A stretch of 36,987 nt of DNA, taken from assembly GCF_001194135.2 (NCBI RefSeq), contig NC_068984.1, forward strand, positions 7,952,925 to 7,989,911. Reading direction: 5' to 3'. Position numbers and translations under genes: made by a program. This DNA is from Octopus bimaculoides. Lineage: Eukaryota. Below, in pieces: positions 11,938-22,849 of the stretch (position 1 is the first letter of the stretch; each line of letters begins with the position of its first letter). Under the pieces are notes generated by a model. It saw nothing but the letters and a program-made list of their open reading frames with translations, did not search any database and was not told the DNA's origin.

Positions 11938-11996
11938 TAACGTACAGGAGATACCTGGCGGTAATCAACGCTAACGGTGTTCACACGAGATATTGA
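11938..11996 (+). pseudogene. Possible Tc1-like transposase C-terminal remnant
   Basis: VTYRRYLAVINANGVHTRY* resembles the Tc1 terminus 'RRC.AVI.A.GG.TKY*'. No upstream DDE motifs could be recovered. Confidence 0.3.
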
Positions 11997-12134
11997 GTTC
12001 ATCTCTTTGGATCCAGGACACTCCGACATCACGTGACACCATGTAACGTCAAATATGTTTCAAGAAATGACGTTTTACCACTAGGAAAGAACGGTTTCTT
12101 AATTAGCATTCTGCAATCAATGCTATGGCAATCT

Positions 12135-12690
12135 GTTAATAAACCCGTTTCTATTTAGTATGTGTGCAGTGTTTCTTTTGTGGTTCAGTATTAATATTTG
12201 TAATTCCTGATGTTTCGGTTATGCGTTTGTGAATATGTTTTTTAATCATACCAAATGTACTTATTATTGAAGGGATTGTTTCTATTTTTAGGCTCTACAT
12301 TCGGGTTATCTCTATTTCCAGATCTTTGTATTGTTGAAGCTTCTCTGTTTCTTTTAGAGATACATTGTCAACTGTTGGGATTAACACATCGATTAGAAGG
12401 CATTTTTTTCTTGATGATATCTGACAAATGTAATCGGCCTATCAGCCTTGATGTTTATCTATGTGTATTGGTATATCCCAGAGTATGTCTGCATTCTCAT
12501 TTTCTGAGACCTTTTCTCGGATATTTCTATACAATCATTTTTTCTATTGTCATTCCACAGTGTTGGCATCGTTTCCAGTGTATATAGGTCCCCACATGGT
12601 GATGTCTGTGAAATTAGTATTATTATTCATCCTTTGGTAGTTTCAGACACATTTCTATTGCATCACCTGATACACTTCCGTGTTGCAGGG
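12135..12690 (-). mobile_element. R4/Dong-like LINE fragment (post-CCHC region plus RLE), F3-like
   Basis: RHHHVGTYIHWKRCQHCG; LLIDVLIPTVDNVSLKETEKLQQYKDLEIEITRM*SLK. Confidence 0.85.
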
Positions 12691-14605
12691 ATGTGTTTAG
12701 TATTGTTCTTTTCTGTTGTTGGGCGTTGCAAACTCTTCCTGATATTGTATTGCGCCAGTTTCTTTTTGTATGGGGAGTGGTGCAGCCTTTTGTTGTACTA
12801 GTGTTTGTATTGTGTGTTGTGTGTGTAATGCATTGGTTAACTAGTCTGCTGGTCGTTGTTTATTTTATTGGGTATTTGCTATATAGAGTGTCTTGTGCTT
12901 GTGAATTATTTTGTTTTGGTTGTATTATTGAATTGATAGTATCTTCCGTAATATGTGGGCTGTTCCTAGTAGGGCTATTTATTGGACTGTGCATTGTTGA
13001 GGATCCAGGTATAGCTTCTACATTTTTGTTCATATGTTTTTTTTATCATGCCCAATGCCCCAATTATTACTGATATTGTTTTCACCTTTATGCCCCACGT
13101 TTTGAATACGTCCATTTCGGAGTATTTGTACTTGAAAATCTTTTCACTTCTTTTTGGAGAATATTTTGTTGAGAAAAGACTACAATGTCTATCAATATAT
13201 GGGTACTACGAGTTTAACCCCAGGCGGATTCTCCACCAACTGGTTTTCTGTGTAACCTCTGCAACCTTTATGTACAATATATCGCTAGCAGGTGGAGCAA
13301 ACTCCTACTACCCTCAAACAGCTGACAGATTTGGCAAGGACTGGACAGCCAGAGATGATATGGTCAACTGTCTCATCGTGCAGGTTGCATATTCTGCATT
13401 TTGTGTTAGGGCCTGTGTTCATTACTTCGCTTTTATAGTTGTTCTTAGTCAGGCATTGGTGTTGTGCACCGAGAATCAGTCCATCCGTTTCGGCTTTTAG
13501 TCCAGAGCTTTTGAGCCATCGTTGGCTGTTACTTAGGCTCACTTCTCTGTCAAGCCACGAAGTGATTTTTTCTCTCCATTTCTTCTTCAGTATTTTTTGT
13601 CATTCTGTTTTCATGTTGTATTTTGTCTCTTTGACCATTTCTGCGATGTTGTCATCTGAGGTTAACGTATCAGAGTTGTTTGTTTCTGAATTATATTTTG
13701 TCGCCTCCTTGTATACAGAGAAATGCGCTTTTTGTTTTTCACGTGTTGATTTATTACTTATTGTTTCCAAGTACCATTCTATTCGAACTGCTGTTATTCT
13801 ATAATAGATCTCTATCAATATCAGGCCACGGCCTCCTCCTTAGCGGAATAGATATATTCTGCCTGAATCTGATTTGGAGTGATGACTTCAGTATGCTGTT
13901 AATAGTTTTCTGCTTTTTCTACATAAGTTTCTCAATTCTCTGATCTTCCAGTTCATTATGTTGAAGCTGTAATTTAAGATTGGTATGGCTATCCTGTTTA
14001 TCCCGATTATCTTATTTTTAGCATTCAGTTCAATGTTTAATATTAGTTTAACTCATCTGTAATACTCTTTCCTAATTTTCTCTTTCATTTCTGTGTGTTG
14101 TATTTTTGCTGCTTCGTCTATTCCAAGATATCTGTATGGGCGATGGTAATCTAATTCTCGGATTTTTGTCTATGTCGAGTGCAATGTTTTCGGTGCTGAT
14201 TAATTTGCCTCTTCTTAGTATCCCTTTGGTACAGCCACATGTTCGTCCAGCCACATGTTCATCCCCATCTCATTGCTGACACTATGAATAATTTTTAGAA
14301 ACTTTCTGTTTTTAGTCAAAATTTTTAAATCATCCACGTACAAGAGATGGTTAATTGTTTGTCCATAGCATCTAAATCTATGGCATCTTCATTTAACGAG
14401 TTTGGTAACGGGGTCAGATAGATACAGAAAAGCAAGGGTAACAGCGTGTCTCCCAGGAAAATTCCTGTTCTTATAGGTGTAGGGTAGGATTCAATGAATT
14501 GTGATTCATTTTTCAATCTTACACTGGATTTCCAGTTTGCCATTGCATGTTTGATATACTTCAATAGTGTTGGAGCTACTCTATTTGTGTGGACAGATTC
14601 CAGAA
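12691..14605 (-). mobile_element. R4/Dong-like LINE fragment (RT to RLE and 3'UTR), heavily decayed, lineage F8
   Basis: KYIKHAMANWKSS..IRTGIFLGDTLLPLLFC; QRWLKSSGLKAETDGLILGAQ..KCRICNLHDETVDHIISGCPVLAKS (CCHC); LLGTAHILRKILSIQ*. Confidence 0.9.
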
Positions 14606-14609
14606 CCCA

Positions 14610-14696
14610 TCATTATTATTATTGTTGTTGTTTTTGTTGTTGTTGTTAATATTATTATTATCATCATCATCAATATTATTATCATTATTATTATTA

Positions 14697-14752
<56 letters not shown>
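14610..14752. repeat. (TTA)n/(TTG)/(TCA) microsatellite
   Basis: Direct reading. Confidence 0.97.
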
Positions 14753-14755
<3 letters not shown>

Positions 14756-15505
14756 TTTTTTTTTCTTTCTTCAAATTTTCTTCCATTTCTCGCCGAGTGA
14801 TTTCCGTACACCTAGGACAGAAAAGCTCATTGTATGCATTCCCAGTTTACACACGCAAATTTCCAGGTAAAATCTGTATTTAAAAAAAATTAATAAATAA
14901 ATAAATTCATGAATGGCTGTTGTTTTCACAGCGATAATGCTCTTCTCAGTACATGAGTCGTTCCAGCTAACATGAGTTTTTGCACTTCCTGTAGGGATGG
15001 TAAGCCTGGTATCATTTTCAAATAGGTTTCAGTACCTTTTTTTTTTTATCATTCCTAGAGATCCTACAATCACTGGTACGGTAGTCGCCTTGAAGTGCCA
15101 CATTTTTTCAATTTCTATTAGCAAGTCTTTATATTTACTGATCTTGTCAAATTCTTTCGCCGCTATATTATGATCAGAGAGAATACTCATGTCAATTAAT
15201 AAACACATCTTCTTTGTCTGATAGTTTATAATAATATCCGGTTTATTAGCCTTTATAGTTTTGTCGGTATGTACGGGGAAGTCCCAGAGAATTGATTCAT
15301 TTTCTCCCTNNNNNNNNNNAGAGAATTGATTCATTTTCTCCCTCAGTCACAGCTTCAGGATGGTGTTTATACCATTTGTCAGCGGTTTTGATTTTGTAAT
15401 GCCGATATATTGTCCAGTATAAATACTGGCCGACTCTGTCATGTCTTGTGATTTTATAATGCCAACATATCGTCCAGTGTAAATACTGGCCGACTCTGTC
15501 ATGTC

Positions 15506-15509
<4 letters not shown>
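14753..15509 (-). mobile_element. R4/Dong-like LINE 3' fragment (RLE plus 3'UTR), lineage F4
   Basis: ILWDFPVHTDKTIKANKPDIIINYQTKKMCLLIDMSILSDHNIAAKEFDKISKYKDLLIEIEKMWHFK (PD..D..K endonuclease motif). (TTA)n on both flanks. Confidence 0.93.
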
Positions 15510-15572
<63 letters not shown>

Positions 15573-15711
15573 CGTTTGGGTCATGTTCGGTCTTATTCTT
15601 GGTAGGATTTATGCGGTAGCGGGTTACTACCTGTAACCTTAGGTATCCACAAGTTTTCAGCAGCCTTTCATGCGCTTAGAACCCTTCTGATAATCCTTGC
15701 TATGAGCCAAA
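15573..15711 (-). mobile_element. R4/Dong-like 3' terminus, lineage F1
   Basis: ARIIRRVLSA* plus a 3'UTR homologous to 462-563. Confidence 0.85.
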
Positions 15712-17551
15712 GTAACAACATCAATATCAAACGAGGCATCTTTCAAGGTGAATCCCTCTCCCCATTACTCTTTTGCATGACGCTGATCCTACTCTCAAAC
15801 GAACTAAATAACACCAGGTATGGGTTCAACGTTTACAATACGACAATAAAACATCTGTTTTATTGTCGTATTGAAGCTGTTTGCTAGAAATGACGAAGAG
15901 CTAGTAGGGCTGGTAACAACTGTTAAAGAGTTCAGCAATGACATTAAGATGAATTTTGGCCTTGAAAAGTGCGCTAAAGCAATTTTGGAAGAGGCAAGCT
16001 CTGGCAAGCAATTTCAATAAATTAGATACCGAAGCAGCCATCAAGGAGCTTGACCCGCACGAAAATTACAAATACCTGGGGATAAACGAAGGAGATGGTA
16101 TACAACATGCAACTATGAAGGCAAAAATAAGAAAAGATTATTACAGGAGAATAAAATTCATACTAAAAACTGAACTCAACTCCAAAAATCGCATCGACGC
16201 CATTAACACCCTAGCACTTCCAGTAGTCCAATACAGTTTTAACACCATTAACCAGAATCTTACAGAGCTCCAACGCCTGGACAGGAAGACAAGAAAACTA
16301 CTAACTTCTAAGAACATGCACCACCCAAAAGCAGATATCTGTACCTACTTAGATGTTATGGGGGAAGAGGAATGATGCAGGTAGAATTGTGCTATAAGAC
16401 CTCCACTATAGCAATGGACAGGTATTTGTCCAGTAGAGAGGACTAGACGCTGCGACTTGTGTGTAAACACGAAAGCAACAAAGAACCACATTCTATTGTC
16501 AAGGAAGCTTGCAATTTCGCAAAGGAGCTTGTTATTAATCCTGAAATATTTGAAGAACCTGAAACCACTGCCACAAAACAAGCAAAATGAGTCAATCAGA
16601 CTTCAAAAAGAATGGGCAGAAACAAATTGAGGAGCGGTGGAACCAGAAGCCTCCGCATGGAAAATTTATACTTCGAAGTCGAAATGCTGATATAAGCAAA
16701 GCAACAACCCATCAGTGACCGAGAAGTTCAAGACTAAAAACAGAGACTGAAGGTTTCCTATTGACGGCACAAGATCAAAGCTTGCTCACAAAAAACTACC
16801 AGGCTAACGCTCTTCAAAACAATTCTGATCCTACATGCAGATTCTACAACACATTTGACGAAACAATAGACTATTTCGTCTCGGGATGTCCTGTATTGAC
16901 ACCAAACGAATACAAATATCACCACGATAGTTTAGGACAGTATTTACACTGGAAAATATGTAAACACTACAAAATCAGCACTCCTGCTTGCTGCTATGAC
17001 CATTATCCCGAGCCAGTCGTTGAAGGTAAAAACGTCACTATCCTCTGGGAGTTTCCAGTCAACACTGACACAACGATCCAGGCTAATCGACCAGACATAA
17101 TTATTAAAGACAGGAAAGAAAATACTTGCAGACTAATAGATGGAAGTCTTCCCACTGATAAAAATATATCTGTAAAGGAATTTGACAAACTAAGTAAACA
17201 TAACGACCTGGAAATTGAAACACAAAAGATGTGGCATCTTAAAGCGAGAACTGTTCCTGTCATTGTAGGTACCCTAGGTATGATAAAAAAAGGGATGTCA
17301 GAAACACCTAGATAACATCTCAGGAGAGCCATGTCTCAGAGAAATCCCCAAAACTTGTACTGACAAGTACTGCCCACATCCTTAGAAAAACCCTATCAAT
17401 TTAAATGACTGTCTTGTATTACATGAAGACATTTAGCTACTCCCCTCCCCAAGCTTTCAGTCATACTGTAACATCTCTTATCCTTCACTCGCCCCAGGAC
17501 GCTGGGTGTTTTTTGGGCAAGTGACTGAAACAAACATGCATACTAAAAGTA
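15712..17551 (+). mobile_element. R4/Dong-like LINE, longest copy (RT 4-7, thumb, CCHC-like region, RLE, 3'UTR), 5'-truncated pseudogene, lineage F5
   Basis: IKRGIFQGESLSPLLFCM; MNFGLEKCAK; YKYLG; DRKTRKLL..MHHPKAD; AQDQSLLTKNYQ..CRFYNTFDETIDYFVSGC; ILWEFPVNTDTTIQANRPDIIIKD..LID..KEFDKLSK. Ends in (TAA)n at 17552-17625. Confidence 0.95.
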
Positions 17552-17625
<74 letters not shown>

Positions 17626-17626
<1 letters not shown>

Positions 17627-17760
17627 TGTGCAAGTATAAAGATCTTGAAATAGAAATCATCGGCAAAATGTGGAACCTCAAGACTAAAGCAATACTTGTT
17701 ATAGGTGCCCTTGGAATGATAGAAAACGGGGCTCATTACTACCTACCTCAGATACCAGGG
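17626..17760 (+). mobile_element. R4/Dong-like RLE fragment, F2-like
   Basis: LCKYKDLEIEIIGKMWNLKTKA..VIGALGMIENGAHYYLPQIPG; starts directly after (TAA)n. Confidence 0.8.
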
Positions 17761-18149
17761 TGTCCGCAAGGATAGAGACAACGGCAGTATTGATGGTAAC
17801 TAGCGATATCCACTGCTGCTGTAATAGCATGGTAGAGCTAATTCTAAAGGTAATAATGACTGAGTTTATAATAGTGGCAGAAATAATAACAGCTTCTACA
17901 TCAGCCATACAGGACTCAGTACTAATGATGTTAATGTAGCACAAAAATGTCTTATGAAACAAAAAGGAAAATTAAAAGAGTACACCAAATCGGTTGTCCT
18001 AGGGTTACTCTTGAATCGAGTTTTCCACAAGGGCAAGAGCCAGCCTAGGTTCAAAACGTCATCCACTGACACATTCTTTTCTCTGAATACGAACTAGGAT
18101 GGTCACTTGAACGGGAACTGCCTCAACTCCATGCCTCCAAGATCACCAC

Positions 18150-19405
18150 CAAACACCACAGAAAGAAAAATATTAGAGTATAAAGAAATAGTATATGCTT
18201 ATTACTATGCATTTGGTAGGCCAGCTGAAAAGAAACACACTGCAGTCTTATCAAATATCTAAATATAAGACAGAAAGGAAATGAAGAATAAGATGAAGAG
18301 AGAAGCTCTTCGTGTGTCTAAATTGAAAGACTGTAATCTGACCAGAACATGCAAAAGTCAGAAGAAATAAGCTGTAATGAACCTGATAAAGATAACGAGA
18401 AAAGTGGTAAAGAAGCAGTATTTGAAGACCACACATTTTCTAATGAACACAAAGAGTCTATGATAGAAATGAAGCGGAAAATCATGAATAGGCTTGCAAA
18501 TATCTATGAGAGTGAACCACTTCTTAAACTCTCAAATACAATCCAGAATAATAAAAAAGTAAACAAATAAAAATTGGAAACTATGTAACAAAAGAAATCA
18601 TACAATTAAAATCTGATCTAACTGAGTTAAATGAAATTATTTACGCATCTGCTAAGACAATTGAAACCAGTTGCATGCCTCCGAAAAACAAAGGAATATA
18701 AAACTGGAAAAAATTCCAAACTAGAGAAGTAAAATTGAAAAAGAGGTTGAATTAATGAAAGGTGTTATTATCAATATCAAATTAACTAATCTGTGAAAAC
18801 AATGTAAACCTTGAAAAGAAGAACGATGAAGAGAAAATGAAGATCCTCACCAAGAGAAGAACTGCAACAAAATGTTCAAGCAAAAGTTCAGAGAATACAA
18901 AGATTTGAGAAGAGAGACAAGTAGTTTTACAAGCGAAATAAGCTGCTCACCACCAACGAGAAAACATTCTTCAGAGAAATAAAGAAAATCGACAGAAAAA
19001 CCCGTAAGCTGCTGACTTGCAATAAGATGCATCACCCAAAAGTAGATGCATTATCCAAAGGCAGAGGCAGATAGACCAAGGAGGTCGAGATTTGATCCAA
19101 TTTGAAATCACATACAAGACCACCACAATTGGACTGGCAAAATATCTTGATACATCTAACGACTGGATGCTAAATCTCGTTGTAAACCACAAGAGATGTA
19201 AGAAGCTTCGTTGGACAGCATGACGGAAGTGCGGCATCTGTAATTGTAAAGAAGATGAAATCTATAGCAAAGCAAAATGCGTTTGAACAATTGGCTGATA
19301 GTTGGGAACAAAAACCTCTGCATGGCAAATATGTGGCCCCTAGCAAATAAACTGATGCAAACCAGAAGCACATCCATCACTCGCTATGGTGCTCAGAGCT
19401 AAAAG
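18150..19405 (+). mobile_element. R4/Dong-like LINE: N-terminal region fused to post-RT region (RT core deleted)
   Basis: EYKEIVYAYYYA; LTELNEIIYASAK; RFEKRDK*FYKRNKLLTTNEKTFFRE|IKKIDRKTRKLLTCNKMHHPKVD; TYKTTTIGLAKYLDTSNDWML; WEQKPLHGKY. Confidence 0.8.
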
Positions 19406-19472
19406 CAGATAATATTACATAACATAAATATAATTCATGGTATTTAATGTAATATTGTAATATTAATAATAA

Positions 19473-19682
19473 GGCGGCGAGTTGGCAGAATAGTTAGCAC
19501 GCCGCACGAAATTCTTAGCGGTATTTCGTTTGCGGTTACGTTCTGGGTTCAAATTCCGCCGAAATCGACTTTTGGGGGTCGATTAAATAAGTACCAGTTA
19601 ACACTGGAGTCAATTTAATCTCTTTGTCTGTCCTTGTTTGTCCCCTCCATGTTTAGCCCCTTGTGGGCAATAAAGAAATAAA
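19473..19682 (+). mobile_element. tRNA-derived SINE family A (OK-like), alternative tail subtype
   Basis: ggcggcgagttggcagaatagttagcacgcc..gggttcaaattccgcc (A/B boxes, GGCGG/CCGCC acceptor-like stem); tail ttgtcccctccatgtttagccccttgtgggcaataaagaaata. Confidence 0.92.
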
Positions 19683-19773
19683 TATCAATAAATTATTGGA
19701 TTGTCAATAGAATATCTCTCTATATAATCTCTCTCTCTCTCTCTCTATATNNNNNNNNNNNNNNNNNNNNNNN

Positions 19774-19804
<31 letters not shown>

Positions 19805-19809
19805 TAAAT

Positions 19810-19990
19810 GTGGATGTGTGTGGGGTTCATGAGTATACGTATGTGGTTGTGTTTAACCCCTACCCACTGTTTGGTGTGTTTACGTACCCGTAACTTAGCG
19901 GTTCGATATAAAGATCTGAAAGACTAAGTACTAGGCTTAAACAGATAACTAGTGATGGCGATTTACTCGACTTAAAATTCTTCAAGGCGG
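19810..19990 (+). mobile_element. SINE family B 3' half
   Basis: ggtgtgtttacgtacccgtaacttagcggttcg..taagtactaggctta matches about 4716-4790. Confidence 0.8.
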
Positions 19991-19994
19991 GATA

Positions 19995-20755
19995 TTCCAA
20001 CAGATGGCCATCCTCGCTCATCATCAAATTATCGAAAGAAAAGAATGAAAGATGGCCCAGGTAAGATAATGAGGAAGTTATTAAGGCCTTCTATTGTTCT
20101 CTGTGTTTCCCCAGAAATAAATCCAATTCTGAACAAACCTACCTAAATTGGAGAGAGAAGCATCTTGAAATAAGATCCTGCATAGATAGTTACAAGCTTG
20201 CCAACGTCAGAAGAAACATTATAAAAATGAAATTACTGACTGAATTACAGACTGACCAGATTAAAGGATTAGTAAAGGATAAAAGGAATGAAGATGCAGT
20301 TACAGAAGGTACTATTGAAGAAATAATTACGGACCAGCCAAGGTCTGATGAAAACGGAGTAATGACAGAAAGAGTGTATGTAGCTGATAAGCAAAGTGAA
20401 ATACTTTCTGAACGAGCCATAAATATCAAGGAAGATGAAAAATCAAATAAATGAAGAAAGTCTTACAGAAATTGACCCAAATGAACTAGAAGATCTAAGA
20501 ACTCAAATCATAATTGAATGGCTGCAAAAGGGAAGCCAGTGTGAGTGAGCGTGACACTCTTTGAAATATTCACAACTCTGACTGAAACCCGAAATTAAAT
20601 GATAAAATCCGCCTTGCCTCTAAAGATGATTTCAACTAATGATGTTGACATTACAGATCTCAGTCAACTTTGTTATGCGTCTCCTAAGATCTGAACGATT
20701 TTATGTGGTGTGAAGATTAGAAAGCAAAATTATTTCCACAAAAATCCTATTTGAC
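19995..20755 (+). mobile_element. R4/Dong-like LINE N-terminal region fragment
   Basis: ERWPR*DNEEVIKAFYCSL..EQTYLNWREKHLEIRSCIDSYKLANVRRNIIKMKLLTELQTDQIK; ITDLSQLCYAS. Homologous to 18175-18660. Confidence 0.8.
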
Positions 20756-20764
20756 AAGCCCTAG

Positions 20765-21183
20765 TAACAATGGTAAAATGGGCTGATTGCTTTCTATTTC
20801 AGATACCGAGAAATCCAGTGACAGAAACTAAAAAAATAGTGCTGATAGGAACATATCCTACGGGGAGTACTGTCTATTTCATTCCAAAACATTTTAATCC
20901 GTAAATATTATCAAAATGTACATATTTTAAATGTTCATTATATCAAACACCTTTTATTGTCATTTTAAGATCACGCTATCATTTTATAATCGAATTAATT
21001 CTAAAAGAAACTTAATTTTTTTCTGATTTCACAGACATTCTCCAGAACGATACTCCGTGTGAAATCAAAAATATGACTCCTTAGTAGTATTAATGCCAAC
21101 TTGAACTTCTAACTTGCTGTCTCTTGAGGTCTCTAGGTGAGATTTGGAGTCAGCATGTTCAATAACAAAGCAAAAACAAAAAC
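20765..21183 (+). mobile_element. R4/Dong-like 3' fragment, lineage F2
   Basis: GADCFLFQIPRNP..KKIVLIGT; 3'UTR ccaacttgaacttctaacttgctgtctcttgagg is shared with 7093-7126. Confidence 0.82.
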
Positions 21184-21394
21184 GTATCTTATATAACAAA
21201 AAGGCAAAGTGTTGCCTGTCGGTCACGCTATGTGGAAAGAAGAGTAAAACAATAGACGAAAGCAGATGGCAGCATTTAAAGGCTTTGCTCCGATGAGGCT
21301 GATAAAACTCAGAAATTTTATCGTAAATTGTATTTACTTTATCAGTTTCTCTCTTTCTCTCTCACTCTTTCTCTCATGCACGTGCGCTCATACA

Positions 21395-21396
21395 CG

Positions 21397-21477
<81 letters not shown>

Positions 21478-21505
21478 GCGTATGAACACACGCGCACACA
21501 CACAC
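21395..21505. repeat. (CA)n microsatellite
   Basis: Direct reading. Confidence 0.98.
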
Positions 21506-21696
21506 TTATATATTCTTTTCTTTTATTATTTTGCTTGTTTCAGACATTTTGACTGTGGCCTATCACCTCTGTTGCTGAGAGGCAAAGATTACATTTCATG
21601 GGTCTTTTATAAGCTCCATGTCTGTATGATGAAGCTTTTTATAGAATATATATAGTTTCTATCATAATAAAACTGTCGGCATTTTTGACGACATGG

Positions 21697-22090
21697 TTAT
21701 GCTATAAAAAAATGCTTTCTAATTGATGTATCAATACCAGCAGATGACAACGTTTCCCTAAAAGAAATGGAGAAACTTTCAAAATACAAAGACCTGAAAA
21801 TAGAGGTAACTCGAATGTGGAATCTAAAAACAGAAACAATTCCTATCATAGTAGGTGCCTTAGGTATAATAAAAAAATATTCAGACAAATACATAACAAA
21901 AACACCAGGACTTACAAATATATATAACATACAGAAAATTGCACTACTGGGCACTGCACACATCCTACGCAAAACACTTTCAATACAGTAACCATAAGAG
22001 CATCACAGCAAACCACAGCACATACCCAAGGTACACAGAGCTGCGCTCGGTAGTGAAATGAAAGCACGTTATAAAGATAAAACTACTGAA
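21697..22090 (+). mobile_element. R4/Dong-like 3' fragment (RLE plus 3'UTR), lineage F3
   Basis: CFLIDVSIPADDNVSLKEMEKLSKYKDLKIEVTRMWNLK..IALLGTAHILRKTLSIQ*; ends in (AAT)n. Confidence 0.93.
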
Positions 22091-22215
22091 CAATAATAAT
22101 AATAATGATAATAGGTTCTATAGCATGACAGACCGGACCTAGTGGTGGTGGTGGTGGACGCGGTTCACCACATATGCTATATAGTCGATGCTGCATGCCC
22201 TTTTGACCCAAGGAT

Positions 22216-22449
22216 AGTCAAGAAGGAAGGCAGAAAGGTAGATACAACCCTCTAAAGTACGAAATAGCCCGGCTATGGAAACTGAAGAAGTTGAAGATAG
22301 TGCCAGTTATTGTTGGATCTTTGGGAACAGTATCAGAAATCATGAAAACAAATATAAAGGAAACTGGAGTAGAGCGCCCAGTAGATCTCTTACAAAAGGC
22401 TTGCCTCCTTAACACAACCAGAATAGTCAGGAAAGTATTAGGGAGCTGA
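22216..22449 (+). mobile_element. R4/Dong-like RLE C-terminal fragment
   Basis: YNPLKYEIARLWKLKKLKIVPVIVGSLGTVS..LLQKACLLNTTRIVRKVLGS*. Confidence 0.85.
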
Positions 22450-22499
22450 AAAGAACGAATAGCATGGTGCCGTTTATTTTACTGGGTAAATTCTGTATA

Positions 22500-22810
22500 G
22501 CGTGTGTCTTGTGTTTATGGGTTGTTTTGTCTAGGTTGTATTACTGAATTGATAGTGTCTTGCATAGGATGTGGACTGTTCCTAGCTGGGCTATATTTTT
22601 GGAAGTGTGTCGTGTTGAGGATCCAAGTACAGCTTCTACGTTTTCGTTTTTGTTAATATGTTTATTTTTATCATGCCCAGTGCTCCAATTATTACTGGTA
22701 TTGTTTTTACCTTCATGCTCCACATTTTGATTACTACATTTTCGAGGTCTTTGTACTTTGACAATTTCTCCACTGCTTTTTTGACAATATTTCGATCAGA
22801 AGGGACTGCA
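22500..22810 (-). mobile_element. R4/Dong-like 3' fragment, lineage F8
   Basis: IAQLGTVHILCKTLSIQ*; homologous to about 12880-13140. Confidence 0.85.
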
Positions 22811-22849
22811 ATTATTATTATTATTATTATTACTATTATTATTATGTTA

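Noticed and set aside
15287-15343. Direct repeat gagaattgattcattttctccct either side of a 10-N gap
   Set aside because: Typical unmerged contig overlap, not a TSD or a biological duplication.
19473-19560. tRNA-like cloverleaf heads (also 4479, 31663, 33100, 33355)
   Set aside because: All continue into multi-copy SINE bodies and have degenerate arms; they are not functional tRNA genes.
17720-20820. Idea that 17626-17760 and 20765-21183 are one F2 copy split by a 3-kb insertion
   Set aside because: The two pieces overlap by about 30 diverged bases (..cagatacc) instead of abutting with a clean TSD; more likely separate copies.
21289-21315. CCGATGAGGCTGATAAAACTCAGAAA, a possible decayed second hammerhead
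   Set aside because: The core is mutated, stem II would consume the conserved G, and no stem I partner was found.
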